A DNA stretch of 64,000 nt from the human T2T-CHM13v2.0 reference genome, Homo sapiens: the NCBI RefSeq assembly GCF_009914755.1, contig NC_060947.1, one strand, 5' to 3'. Position 1 is the first letter of the stretch, and the number at the start of each line of letters is the position of its first letter. The position numbers and the translations under genes are program-made. Below the pieces are notes generated by a model. The model was not told the DNA's origin and ran no database searches. It saw only the letters and a list, made by a program, of their open reading frames with translations. Below are positions 28,895-44,354 of this stretch, in pieces.

Positions 28895-29983
28895 TCTATT
28901 TTGGATAATTTATGCCTTTCATTTTCTTAGATAATTAGGAGTTAATTACCAGCACACACCGTGTTCAGCTTATCATGATAACTTGGAGAGATCTTTACTA
29001 GAAGGAAGTGCCATTTAACTGGTACACTTGACTTTCCCCCATATCCCAGGTGGTTATTTTTTTTTTCCAGCTAGCCAAGTTATTTTCATCATATTTCTTT
29101 TCATCTTAAGTTCACATAACCCCCAGAACCTGAATCTAGGGCAAAAGAAGAGAGATCAGACCTAACACTATCGATTCATTGATGTGGGCTCCGTTGGTTT
29201 TGATTTTAGAAGGTCAATGCCCTATGGGCCAAATTTGTTCAAAGGACAAACACACAATAATGATATGGTGCTTCCTGCCTTTAAAAATCCAACTACCACT
29301 GTTTAAATATAGTTAAGTATTAGTGGGAAAATGTAACGTATACTTTAAAAAGTAAGTCTCTGTGTGGTTTAGAGTCATTCTATAATTATGTTTTAAATAA
29401 ATGATGACCTTTTAAAATATATAATAATAATATTGTTGATACTTCAGATAAATGGTTCCTGTTTCATTTTTAATATGTCATTAACTTACCATTACTAAAA
29501 ATTCAACCATGCTTTAAAAAATTTTCAGATGGAAATGAGATTATATTAGTAATTTACAATAGAGCAATACATTTCCATTATGCTTATTTAATAGCACATT
29601 TATATCATGCAAATTCCTTTAGATGTAAAATTGCCATCTGGTTTTACTGGGGGGTTGGTAGGAAATAAGAAAAAAAAATCCAAATAGGAGTTTTGAGGAA
29701 AGATGACAAATATGCAAAGCAGAGTTTCTTCCTATCAATAGCACAGTACCTTGGGGAGGAGGCTTTAAAATATATTTTGGAAAGAAGGGCTAAAGGAAGT
29801 TTGTGCGTGGGTGTATTGTGTTTAAAAGAAAAATAACTCCTAAAATATAGACTGAAATTATTCTTCAATGTCCAGAATGTTCATTTATTTAAAAAAAAAC
29901 TCAGGGCCATTACATTTACCAACCAGCTAAATTCACTTCAATGCCACTCCTTACAGGTATATAATGCTTTAGAGTTTTATTGT

Positions 29984-30428
29984 TGCTATAGTTTGAGTAC
30001 TTGACGATCCAAACCTCATGTTGAAATTTGATCCCCAATGTTGGAGGCGGGGCCTAGTGGAAGATGTTTGGGTTAGGGAGATGGATCCTTCATGAATGGC
30101 TTGGTGCCATTCTTGCAGTAATGAATGAGTTTTCCCTCTGTTAGTTTTCGCAAGAGTTCCCCAACAGCTGATTGCTAAAAAGAGCCTGAGACCTTCCCCC
30201 TCTCTTGCCTCTGCTCTCTCACCATGTGATCTCTACATGCCAGCTCCTCTTTGCCTCCCTTTTGTCTTCTGTCATGAGTGGAAGCAGTCTGAGTTTCTCT
30301 CCAGAAGCAGATGCTGGCACCATGCTTCTTGTATGGACTGCAGAACCATGAGCCAGATACATTTATTTTCTTTATAAATTACCCAGCCTCAGGTGTTCCT
30401 TTATAGCAATACAAAATGGACTGAGATA
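29984..30428 (+). mobile_element. MSTB1/2-type MaLR solo LTR
   Basis: TGCTATAGTTTG...ATAAATTACCCAGCCTCAGG. TSD ATTGT/ATAGT. Confidence 0.88.
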
Positions 30429-30994
30429 ATAGTATACAGAAAATGTCACCTACAGCTACCATGATAGTTGAAGGCCTAGCTGTAGATGTCATCATGCAGA
30501 TGATGCTGTGTCTCTGTTTTCAACATTGGCTTACAACCAACCTTACCGTGTGAAAATCTGAAATTGTCCTGGGCTTCATGTTCTTTCCAAAGCTCCCTAC
30601 CTACTGTATGATCTAGTATGATCTTTTATGTTGATTTTAAATTTCATGCTGATTACCCGTTTGCCAAATGTTACTGAAGTTATTTTTATCTCCTTATGGT
30701 GGTTCCTTAAAACCACTTTGTTACTTGATTTATAAAAAGAAGTGGACCAAAGGACACTTATCCCAGAAGGTCTTAGCCTGGAAAGCTTCAAGCATCACCA
30801 ACTCTCAGAAGTTTCATATTTGATTTGCATATCTGTATGCCCTATTCTAGGGAGAGGGTTCCTAGTTTTTGTTAGAGTGTAAGAGATTAGAAAACTGAGA
30901 GGTTTTCAGATCCACTGCAAGATGAAGCCAATGGCAGGGCCAGAGGCAGAGCAAGAAAAGAGGGCAAACTGAAGAGGCAAAAGGAGAGGGAGGG

Positions 30995-31789
<795 letters not shown>

Positions 31790-32744
31790 AGGGACAAGAG
31801 AAAAACAGGAGAAAGAAAAGTTAGAAGAAAGAAGCAAGAAGAACAGAAGGAACAGAGAAGACAAGAAGTTGGGAGCAAAGAAAAATAAAGGTGAGTCAGA
31901 GAAGGAAAGGAAAAGGAAAAGAGGCGGATAAATTTAAAAAAGAAGAAGACTCATCCTTCAGCCTTCCCCAGGGCTCAGGGCACCAGGAAACTTCCCCTTC
32001 CCTCAGCCAGGTGTCCCCCAGCAGGTCCAGCTTCTGTCTAGCTATGGCGCCTTTATTCTTTCCTATTTGTTTGAGTCATTCTGTGACTATTGACTCAAAC
32101 ACAGGTTTCCACTTGGGCAAAGGTCCCATACAATGAATTAAATGATGGCTTCAAATGCGCATTAGAAGAATGAAGATTGTTCAGCCTCACAGTGAATACA
32201 CTCCTATTTGGGTGTATTCAAATAGGCTAACCTAAATGAATAGTCTTGAGCAGCAACTTGGGGTCTAATGAACATTAGACACTCCTACCGACAATGAGAA
32301 AGAAACCTGTTGTCTAGGGTGAAAAACATAGCAAAATGCAGGTCCTTCACAGAGTTCAAAAGCTTCAGGATTTCAGGGAAAATAAACTTTTATATGAAAA
32401 ATAAAATTGGAAATAAAAAATAGAAGTCCTGAATTTACATTAAAATAATGCTTTAAAAAAACCACTGGGTTCTAGGAGTAGACTTTTGGAGTGGAATTTG
32501 AATGATCAAGAGATTATATTATTTAAAACCAAGTAAACAGAAATTCCCCATAGTACTTGAAGTGGTGTAGTGGAGACTACTCCACGAAGATACCCTTTTC
32601 AGATATTAACTTTGGTACTCATAAACACCTATGCTGAAGCTCTGATGTTGTCTCAGAAAAGCACGGAGGAACATGGTAGAACTGCTTAACATTTGCTAAT
32701 AAGACTAAATTACCATTAAACTGTTCCAAATGGCCCCTATTTAT

Positions 32745-32876
32745 AGAGTGAACATATGACTTATCCAAACTGGGAGATTTTAGAGAGTAGAAAGAGGTGT
32801 CATTAACAAATTAAGCCAGGGCAGTAGTCATAAATTGACACTGTCCCTGGGAAATTGGGGTGTATGATCAACTCTG
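32745..32876. mobile_element. MER94-like hAT-Blackjack MITE
   Basis: TCCAAACTGGGA...GAGAGTAGAAAG...CTGTCCCTGGGAAA...TATGATCA. Confidence 0.6.
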
Positions 32877-32980
32877 TCTCTACAGAACTTCTCACTGCTT
32901 GGAAGTGAAATAAAACAAAACAGGCAAACAAACAAATAAACAAAAGCAAAATAATAGGAACGATTATTAAAATGGTAATG

Positions 32981-33278
32981 GGCCAGGTGCCATGGCTCAC
33001 GCCTGTAATCCCAGCACTTTGGGAGACCAAGTTGGGAGGATCACTTGAGTCCAGGACTTTGAGACCAGACTGAGCAACATAGGGAGACCCTGTCTCTAAA
33101 AAAAATTTAAAAATTAGCTGAGGATGATGGTGCGTTCCTGTAGTCCTAGCTACTCAGGAGGCTGAGGTGGGAGGATTGCTTGAGCCTGGGAGGTCAAGGC
33201 TGCAGTGAGCCGCAATGGCACCACTGCACTCCAGGTGTCCAGGTGACAGAGCAAGACCCTGTCTCAAAACAAACAAAC
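32981..33278 (+). mobile_element. AluJ
   Basis: J-type GGAGGATTGCTTGAGCCTGGGAGGTCAAGGCTGCAG. Confidence 0.95.
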
Positions 33279-33970
33279 CTGTAATGAAATCTGGTTCCAT
33301 ATGGAACCCAAAGAAATTCAGGGATTTTAACTACCAAATCTCATCACTTTTGTGGCTACCATTTAGCCACAAAAGTGTTGTGTAAAAGAGGTGTAAAATA
33401 AGGCATAAGGCATTTGGATACTTTCTCAATTTAAATGAAAGATCCTGGCTAACATGCAATTTAAGCATTGATGGGAAGGAGCCTCCTGATGACTGACAGT
33501 GGCCACTTTCCAGCAGCAGCTGCAGGTGAAGGGAGTATCGGGAATTTAGTCCCAATGTAAGGGAAAACTTTCTATTAAGAATATATAATATTTTGTAATA
33601 TACAGGAGTTGGCTGTATTTTATTGGATGACTGTCTCTTGTCTTTTTTTAAGTCTGGTTTTTTTTTTTTTCAATCTTCTGATGAGTCAAAAAAGCCTTGG
33701 GTTCTGTCCTGAATTCACAAGGCTTTCTAGAGGCCAGAAGAGACGGGCAGAAATGAAAGCTTTTCATCAGTCTTCTGGGCCATTGCAACACGATGTTAAA
33801 AAATACATACATACATGCATACAAAACAACCTCTCATTTGTTCTGATTCATTCCTGAACCAACAAGACAGTGGGATAGACATTTTAGTGGGTGGGGTGAG
33901 GAGCCTTCCCAGAATGTCTCCCGGAAATTGGGGCAATACTCACTCTGCTTACTTCTAAAGATAATTCTAC

Positions 33971-34339
33971 TATAATGGTTAACCGAATATATCAACTTGA
34001 CTGGGCCATGGGATGCCCCGACATTTGGTCAAACATTATTCTGGGTGTGTCTGTGCTTTTGGAGGAGGGTGGTTTTGGATGAGATTAAAATTGGTAGACT
34101 GAGTAAAGCACATTGCCCTCCCTAATGTGGGTGGCCCTCATTCAATCAATTGAAGATTTAAATAGAACAAAAAGACTAAGAGGGAACTTCACCTGACTGC
34201 TTGAGCTGGTACATTGGTCTTTTTCTGCTCCCTGACTAGAACTACACCATCAGCTCTTCTGGGTCTCCAGCTTGCCCACTGCATATCATGGGACTTCTTA
34301 GCCTCCATAATTGCATAAGTCAATTCCTTATAGTAAATC

Positions 34340-34388
<49 letters not shown>

Positions 34389-34455
34389 TCTATCTATCCA
34401 TCCCTCTATCTCTCTATATTTATATCTATATCTATCTCCTATTGGTTCTGTTTCT
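33971..34455 (+). mobile_element. MLT2 (ERVL) solo LTR
   Basis: TCAACTTGACTGGGCCA...GACTGAGTAAAGCA...CCTATTGGTTCTGTTTCT. Confidence 0.88.
34341..34388. repeat. (CTAT)12 tetranucleotide STR
   Basis: 12 perfect units followed by degenerate units, inside the MLT2 LTR. Confidence 0.99.
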
Positions 34456-35870
34456 TTGGCGAACCCTGACAAATAGTCCTACCTTAGGGCTATCTGAGTC
34501 CAACAGTGCCTTAAGTTACAGCCAAGAATAGGTCTGTGATCCATTTAAAGTTAAAAAAAAAAAATCTCACACTGTATATCCCATGGAGAATGATCAGAAG
34601 GGGCATTGGCCTGTCCTGGCACCAACCACAGCTGTAAACATAAAGCAGGCTGGGCCAAAATCAATGGGTCCCCTGACTTTCAAATCACTGCTCTGCATTG
34701 TGGAAGGCCCCTGATACTTGTGTGTCCCCCAAAGTTCCATCACCTATCTGACACTCTTCATATTTGCAGTCTAACCCTTAGGAACAAATCCAGGACTGAG
34801 GACAAAGTTTGAATTCTGGGGCTACCTGCTTGGGAGAGGCCACAGGAATAACCAAGGGATCAAGAACTTCAACCAAGCACTTCACAGAAAAAGCAGCAAA
34901 CCATGAGATGAAGAAGGAGTATGGTTGAAAGCTAACTTAGTCAATAGATCAGGGATCCGAATGGAAAGTGAGAAATGGAGAGAAGACAACATCCTCAAAT
35001 AATGCACGCCTGCCTCTGTAATCTTTGGGCCCAATTATTCATGTTTCTATTGGCCCAGGCAGGTCCCCAAAGTACCTGTGCCTTGCTGGATACCTCAGGG
35101 AACTAGACATTAATTCTCAATCCTACTTTATGGGCATTCTATCTTCACGATTTTGTCTCATTCCTGCCTTTAGATTCATCACAAGATTTTATAGCAGTTG
35201 GACAAATCTTCCCCATTTCCAGACAATTATTGTCCATAATTTTCAACCATTTATTTTAAACATAAAAGCATTTTTTCCGTCCTCACTCCTGTTCATGGCT
35301 GAGGTTAAAAAGGCAACTGTAAACTTTGTCTGATAAATTTTCCATTCATTCTCCTCCTTTCCTTCAATATGCCAATCAGGCTGTCAGCTTGCTTTCTCTG
35401 CAGATTCATAACACTTCACCTTCAGTCTCATTAACTGATTTTCCTTTTGTTTCACATGAAGAAAACTCATCTCAACACTTAAAACCCTGGGAGTTACAAT
35501 TTAGAACTTCTTCGGCTGACTTGGATTTTTAGCTCCCACTGATTGTTCTTTATTTTCTGCCTTTCAGATAAAAAAAAAAAAAATTCTTTTCCTTTTAACC
35601 ACCTTTTGCTGACCTCATCTTTAAATACAGAATAAGATTTACGCTCATATTGTAGCTTTTATGTGGGTCAACTTTTATAAATTTCAAAATATTGGCTCAT
35701 TTGGACTCTGGATTTTGTGAAAATTAGGATGAAACCTGGGTTACAGTTTGCTTAGTTGTGCCCCTCCCCATGAGGGTAATAATTGCCCTAAAATATTTTA
35801 TGTGCAATAGAGAATGTAATCTGTATTTTAGAGTACTATTGAACCCGGGTTGCCCTAAAGTAGAATTGTC

Positions 35871-36515
<645 letters not shown>

Positions 36516-36636
36516 GTCAGCAGAGTGAGTACAAATCAGAGAGCATTCACAAATGCAGATGACCTTTGCTGGTGCTACTTGATGAAAGCATTTGAAGTTA
36601 ATGTAAGCTCCTTGATAGCTGAAAAATTATGTTTCT

Positions 36637-36947
36637 TTTTTTCTTTTCTTTTCTTTTTTTGTTCTTTTTGAGACAGAGCCTTGCTCTGTCGCCCAGGCTG
36701 GAGTGCAGTGGTGTGATCTCAGCTCACTGCAACTTCTGCCAGGTTCAAGCAATTCTCCTGCCTCAGCCTCCTGAGTAGCTAGGACTACAGATGCCCGCCA
36801 CCACACCCAGCTAATTTTTGTATTTTTAGTAGAGAGGGGGGTTTGCTATGTTGGCCAGGCTGGTCTCGAACTCCCAGCCTCAAGTGATCTGCTGGCCTTG
36901 GCCTCCCAAAGTGCTGGGATTACAAGCGTGAGCCACTGCATCTGGTG
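36637..36947 (-). mobile_element. AluS
   Basis: TSD GAAAAATTATGTTTCT at 36621 and 36948. Confidence 0.97.
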
Positions 36948-36979
36948 GAAAAATTATGTTTCTAAAGCCTAAAACTTTA

Positions 36980-37185
36980 TATTGTAGTTAAGGATGCAGT
37001 TTTAGAGTCAGGCTGTCTTGTTTGGAATCCTAGCTCCACCATTAAGTTACTGTGTGATCTTGAGCCAGTTACTTCTTAGTGCCTCCATTTCTTATCTGTA
37101 AGGCATGGGAAAATACAGTGAATACCTCTTAAAGTTGTCAAATACAACTTTATGTCAAATACTTTGCACATTGCCAGGAAGAAGG
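36980..37185 (+). mobile_element. MIR
   Basis: AGAGTCAGGCTG...GAATCCTAGCTCCACC...TGTGTGATCTTGAGC. Confidence 0.75.
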
Positions 37186-37201
37186 TACTCTCACAGGCAG
37201 C

Positions 37202-37520
37202 TGACCAAGTTTGTATTCTCCCAGAAGCAGGTCCTGGGACAAGAGTTTGAGTGCAAGTAATTTGTTTATCTGGGAGATGATCTCAGAAAACACTAACAAA
37301 GGAGTGTGGAAATGAGACAGGGGAGGGAAGGCAGCCAATAAAGGGTGCAATATCAAGTAGGTTATCACTGTGGGCAACTGGTTCTCAGTCCCGCTAGGGA
37401 TCTTTGGGAAACTGTAGCGTATCCATATGAGAGCTATGCCCAGACCCCCTGCCAAGCGCTAAGGAAGCTGGGTGTTTATAGAGCAATTCCTAATGATTAT
37501 GCCCGGAGTACTGCCTGGGA
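37202..37520 (-). mobile_element. LTR16-family ERVL LTR
   Basis: CCCAGAAGCAG...GAGTGCAAGTAATTT...GGAAGGCAGCCAATAAAGGGTG. Confidence 0.75.
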
Positions 37521-38392
37521 CAAAGGAGACATTGACTCTGCCTTTGTGGATCTTACATTTTAATGGGAGTAAAATAGAGCATCTTGGAGTCTGACTGCAT
37601 TTAACAAAATTATCTGGGTCCTACCAGTGAGGTTGTGGTCAATCACGACGGGGTAGCTATGCTCTCAGAAGAGCCAAGTTTGGATCCAGATTATCAACAG
37701 TGTATGTTAAATCCACTTGATTTTATTCAAAAGTATGTTAAAACCTTCATTTTATTCAAAGTTCAGCTCAAATATTACCCCGTCAAGAAAGCTATCTTCC
37801 CCAAATACCCCTTCTCCTTTGCATATTGTTATGCTACCCTGTGAATCTCCTTTGTGACACTTATTTTAATATCTTGATAAAATGACACGATCAGTTGTGT
37901 CATTAGCCATTTGATGGCTACCCTCCTAAGAAATCTGTGACCTTCACCACCTTATCCAAGGACTTTGCATAGTGCAGGCCAGAGATGCTGCTCGTAATAA
38001 TTTGTTGAATAAAAGAGCAAGTATTGCTGTGTGAAGTTTATAAAATATTGCATAGGCCAGTAAATAGTAGCCAAAGAAATGCAAAAACAGCCCCTCCTGG
38101 ATGATTTTTCCACTGATTCTTTCAGCAGTGTTTCTCTGCTACTCTCTCTATGCTTGGAATAGTCCCAGCCCCCTCTGTTGCTGGGCAAAGCAAAGTGCCT
38201 TTCTCAGCAACATCCTGAGTGACCAGCTGCTCAGGAAGTGCCCTTGATTGGTGAATATAATGCTGTGAAGCTTTTGCAATCAATGATTCAAATTTGAGGC
38301 AATGGCTGAGGCCTAACTGTTTTCTCAGGGGTCTTCTGCAGGTCACTGCATCAGATACTTGCCCCAAGTGAGCCCTCCTACTTCCACTACAT

Positions 38393-38684
<292 letters not shown>

Positions 38685-38994
38685 TACTTCCACCAGTCTT
38701 TTCAGGAGCAGGCTTTGAGTGTGGTGCTTTTCTCTCCCTTAAGAGTGTTCAATCCTAGATATCTAAGGGCCTTGGTCATAACCCCAAACCATCTTCCCTC
38801 TCCTGTGGGGTGGAAGGGCACTTGTGTAAGCATTCTAGGGACATCTTGGGTCATCCCATGATCGTCAAGTTATTTGTACAAATTAAACTCTGACAGTAAC
38901 CCTGGGAAAACACTTTTTTACTCAGAGTTGTGAGAGGCAATGGAATCGCATGGTTTTGCTACAGTTAGTCCTTGCTTTGCACAGTTTTGATGTA

Positions 38995-39351
38995 CAGTAG
39001 TCCCCACTTATCTGAGGGCGATACCTTCCAGGACTCCCAGTGGATGCCTGAAACTACAGGGAGTACCGAACTCTCTATCTACTAATTTTTTTTCCATCTC
39101 ATAACTGAGACGGTGACTAGTGACTAACAGATGGTAGGTCAAAGTCAGCGTGGACCTGCTGAACAAAGGGATGATTCACCTCCGGGTGGGATGGAGTAGG
39201 ATGGCTCAAGATTTAATCGCTCTACTCAGAAAGATTCACAATTTACAACTTGTTTATTTCTGTAAGTTTCCATTTAATATTTTCAGACTGCGGTTGATTG
39301 CAGTTAATTGAAACCATGGAAAGTGAAACCGTGGATAAGGGGAAACTACTG
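38995..39351 (-). mobile_element. MER44A (Tigger-type MITE)
   Basis: TIRs CAGTAGTCCCCACTTATC and GGATAAGGGGAAACTACTG, flanked by TA on both sides. Confidence 0.9.
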
Positions 39352-39538
39352 TACTGGAAGTTAAATTTGCATCAAACATAAATGGAGTTATAGAAGAAAA
39401 AGATGACTGTGGGAATGTTGACCCTGCCTCCATTCTCAAGAGATTCCTATGCAGCCAGAGGAACTTAGTGAAGGGGAACTTATGAAACTTACAAATGAGG
39501 AAAATGGTGGTGCTGAAAAGATGTCTCCAAGGGAGTGA

Positions 39539-39995
<457 letters not shown>

Positions 39996-40519
39996 TACTT
40001 TTGATAACTTTTTACAAAGACATGAAACACTCTAATTCTCAGTGTGTCTGTTTTAAATTGCAATGCACTAAATAAACATTAATTTTACTGTTTCTGCTTT
40101 CCTATACATTTCTAAGTGACAGGAAGATAAATTTTGATGTTTTTAACAATAATTTGTAAAGTTCACAGAACAATTATAATTATTCCTACTGGTTATTAAG
40201 ATTGCTTTTGCACAGTTGGCAATACAAGGGCTGCCTGTAATTTGTTACAATGAAATACATACAGATGTTTTGACAAGCCCAGTGGTATTATGACAGTATT
40301 AACAAACTAACAATTGTATAAAGTCAGATATTCATATTCTGATAGCAGGGCAGAATATTTAAATTTGAGACTCTCCTGGAAAAATAAAGTTACTCAAAAA
40401 TAATAGCATAATATCAGGTATCTAGAGCAAGAGATTTTAGCACTATTGCATTGTCTCAATTTTTAATGCTACCAAATCTTGCTATCTCCCCTCTTTTCTA
40501 TTCAGTGTGTGTGTGTGGT

Positions 40520-40812
<293 letters not shown>

Positions 40813-42054
40813 GTGTTCTAAATATTAGTAAGAAAGCTTAAATTCCATCCTCTGATCTATTGATGAATAAGAGAGAGTTTTGGACACATCTCATTATCTT
40901 CGTATACCTCAAACCTTTCAACTGTGTGATTAAACATATTTATAGGTATGTTACAAAGATTGACAATAAAATAATTTTAGATAATTCTGGACAGTATGTG
41001 ATGCTGATAAACTGCATGTATTAAAATACATTTTATGGGGGATTCTTGCAGATCTTACGGTCAGGAGCATCCTCCCTGTTGCAATAGTTTCCTCCACCTT
41101 GCAATAATACTTTCTTACGTGCACCTATTACCTAATGATCCTTATGTATACATACACATTGGAAGCTGAAATCCCAAGCTCTAGCCTAAATTGGCCAATG
41201 CCTGCCAAATGTAGGAACCTCTCATTAATATGAGATGAGTCTGGTCTACAAAGTTATTAGGATTTGTCTTCCTCTCCAATCCAACATTTTCAGCATCGCC
41301 CACAGGGCAATCTGTGATCTCGCAGCCACAGCTTGGGCTCGTCTCTTTCGTCTTGATCTGGAACCCAAGGAAGGGGGCCAAAGGACTCCCCCTGTGACCT
41401 ACCAAAAGAGATGTGAGCTTGCCTCAGGAAACACTCTTGGTTCCTGTTTTGTGTATAGGCCTTGCTCAATACATATTTGTGGACCTGACCAAAGTATATT
41501 ATTTGATTGTTTGTGGGGACACAGTTGTAGGGCCCTGAGCAAAGTGGGGACAAAAAAGCCCAGAACCGTAGGCCTTAGCTCCTGGAGATGATGAGATTAC
41601 ATAAGTTGGATTGTTAAATGGGTTTATAGATTGCTAAAAGTAACCACAACAACTTTATTTCTTCTGGGCTACTGGAGACTAACAGTCATTAGAAAGCCAA
41701 TCAACCTACCCAGATGGCTGGTTGTGAACAGAGTGATGTGGAGGGCACGGCAGGAGCTGGGAAACAAATGAGAAGACGGCTCCAGAAATGGACATGTTGG
41801 TGTCCCCTGTGGGGCATTTCACACAGTATCAACCCTTTCATCCCCTCTCAACTATTTTTATGTTTATTATTGTAAATTTGTGTACATTTGTAAATAGAGA
41901 AAAGTGCACCAGATAAGATGCACCCCAATAGTACCTCTAAATATAACAACTGTTCCATTTGTACTCTCTAAATATAATCATTGCTTCTATCTTGGTTTAG
42001 ATGCTTCCAGCCTTTTTAACTTGTAATATTTATTTATTTTAAAAATTGTGGTAA

Positions 42055-42364
<310 letters not shown>

Positions 42365-42381
42365 TTACCTTCTTAACCATT

Positions 42382-42462
42382 AAAAAAAATTGTCCCAGAT
42401 ACATCAGACAAATATTAAATCTCTTGATGATTCAATCTGCTGAACTATGCAACTATCATAGT
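42382..42462 (-). pseudogene. SNORD77: Retrocopy of C/D-box snoRNA U77
   Basis: Minus strand ACTATGATAGTTGCATAGTTCAGCAGATTGAATCATCAAGAGATTTAATATTTGTCTGATGTATCTG has a degenerate box C, box D CTGA, and guide GCATAGTTCA complementary to 28S TGAACTATGC. 15-bp TSD at 42367-42381 and 42463-42477. Confidence 0.85.
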
Positions 42463-42704
42463 ACCCTTTTAACCATTTTTAAGCGTACAGTTCAGTAGTG
42501 TTTAGTGTGTTCACATGGTTGTGCAATGAATCCCCAGAACTCTCTTCATTTACCAAAACTGAAACTTGATACGCATTAAACAATAATTTCTCATTCTCTC
42601 CTATCTACAGCCCTCAGCAACCACCTTCTCAAACTATTTTTTTCTCAACTGTAAAATAGGGACACTATTCCAAAAGGATTGTTATGAGACTTAAATGAGT
42701 TAAG

Positions 42705-43055
42705 TGTCATGGACTAAATGTTTATGTCCCCCCAAAATTCAGATGTTGAAATCCTAACCTTCATTGTGATGGTATGAGGAGATGAGCCTTTGGGAGGGGA
42801 TTAGGTCCTGAGGATGAAGCCCTAGTGAAAGGGATTAGTGCCCTTATAAAAGAGTCCCCAAAGAGCTCTGTAGTTCTCTTTCTGCCATGTGAAGCTACAA
42901 GGAGAAATCGGTAGTCTGCAACCAGGAAGAGGACCCTCCCCAGAACCCACGCCTGATCTATTTCTAACCTCCAGCACTGTGAGAAGTAAATTTCTGTTGT
43001 TTATAAGCTACCCAGTCTATGGTACTTTGTTATACACCCCAAACTGACTAAGACA
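42705..43055 (+). mobile_element. MLT1A0-type solo LTR inserted in a MIR (MIR at ~42640-42704 and 43056-43130)
   Basis: TGTCATGGACTAAATG...GATTAGTGCCCTTATAAAAGAG...GACTAAGACA, with MIR halves on either side. Confidence 0.88.
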
Positions 43056-43444
43056 ATAATGTATGCAAATTGCTTGCTATAGTGCTTCATACACAATTTA
43101 AGTGCTCAGTAAGTGTTAGATATTATTATTTATGATTCTGTCTTAATGATTTTTTTGAAAACACCACTAATTAACATGGGTGAAATTGGGTATATAAACA
43201 CAAATAAAGGCTATAATTAGAGAAAGATGAGTATGAAGGAAGTGAGCAACAAGAGACCGTATGTGGAAGAGGAAAGAGGAGGATGAATACTCTTATGGTC
43301 TTATCATGGAGACAGGGAGTTAGGATGCAGGTCCTGATCTACCTTGCCTTGATTGGTGGCTGTATATGAGCCTTAATTTCCACTTGCTTATTTCCTGTGG
43401 GCAGGGGCTTAAGAGACCTGGGCAATTTTCCATTTGTCTGATGC

Positions 43445-43700
43445 AGAGGTGGCACATAGCAGTGGGTTTTTGTTTAGCTTAATGTAAAGCATGTTATTTA
43501 AAAAGTGAATTAGTCTTCAACCTTTATTGATTGGGATTTTCACATAAAAATCTGTATTTCAGGCTTCATTCACTTGGAAGATCTGCTAAAAAGTGGTCCT
43601 CATTTAATTGAGGCAACAATTGGCTGGACTGTGTAGATGATTTCATCTCAGCCCATATCACTCAACTATGTTACCTGCTTAGCCTCTGAGGAAGGTGGTC
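43445..43700. mobile_element. MER102-like hAT-Charlie relic
   Basis: TTTCACATAAAAATCTG...GGAAGATCTG...GGCAACAATTGGCTGGA. Confidence 0.6.
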
Positions 43701-43892
43701 TGTAAGGTTAATCAGGCAACTTATTTTTTTCATATAATCAAACTCATATTCCCAATATACGATCATGACCACTATCGTGACACATACTGACAATTCTACC
43801 TTTTCTAGGAAACTTGATATCCTGACTACCAATGTGTCTATAGATTATGTTCTCCCAAGTTAGTACCTTCAAGAACTGTGAAAGGTCTAAGA

Positions 43893-44305
43893 TTTTTTTT
43901 TTTTAACTTTTATTTTAAGTTCATGGGTACATGTGCCAGACATACAGGTTTGTTACATAGGTAAACTTGTGTCATGGGGGTTTGTTGTACAGTTACTTCC
44001 TCACCCAGCTATTAAGCCTAGTCTCCATTGGTAATTTTTCCTAATCGCCACCCTCCTCCCAACCTCCACCCTCCTAAAAGCCCCCGTGTGTGTTGTTCCC
44101 CTCTATGTATCCATGTGTTCTTGTCATTTAGCTCCCACTTATAAGTGGAAGCATTTGGAATTTGGTTTTCTGTTCCTGCATTAATTTGCTAAGGATAATG
44201 GCCTCTGGCTCCATCCATATCCCTGCAAAGGACATATTTCACTCTTTTTTATGGCTGCATAGTATTCCATGATGTATATGTACCACATTTTCTTTATCTA
44301 GTCCA
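43893..44305 (-). mobile_element. 5'-truncated L1PA 3' end
   Basis: Antisense L1PA 3'UTR with poly-T. TSD TAAGATTTT. Confidence 0.93.
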
Positions 44306-44354
44306 TAAGATTTTACTCATAAACAAAAAAGTTATCTTAGCACAGTTTTATAGA

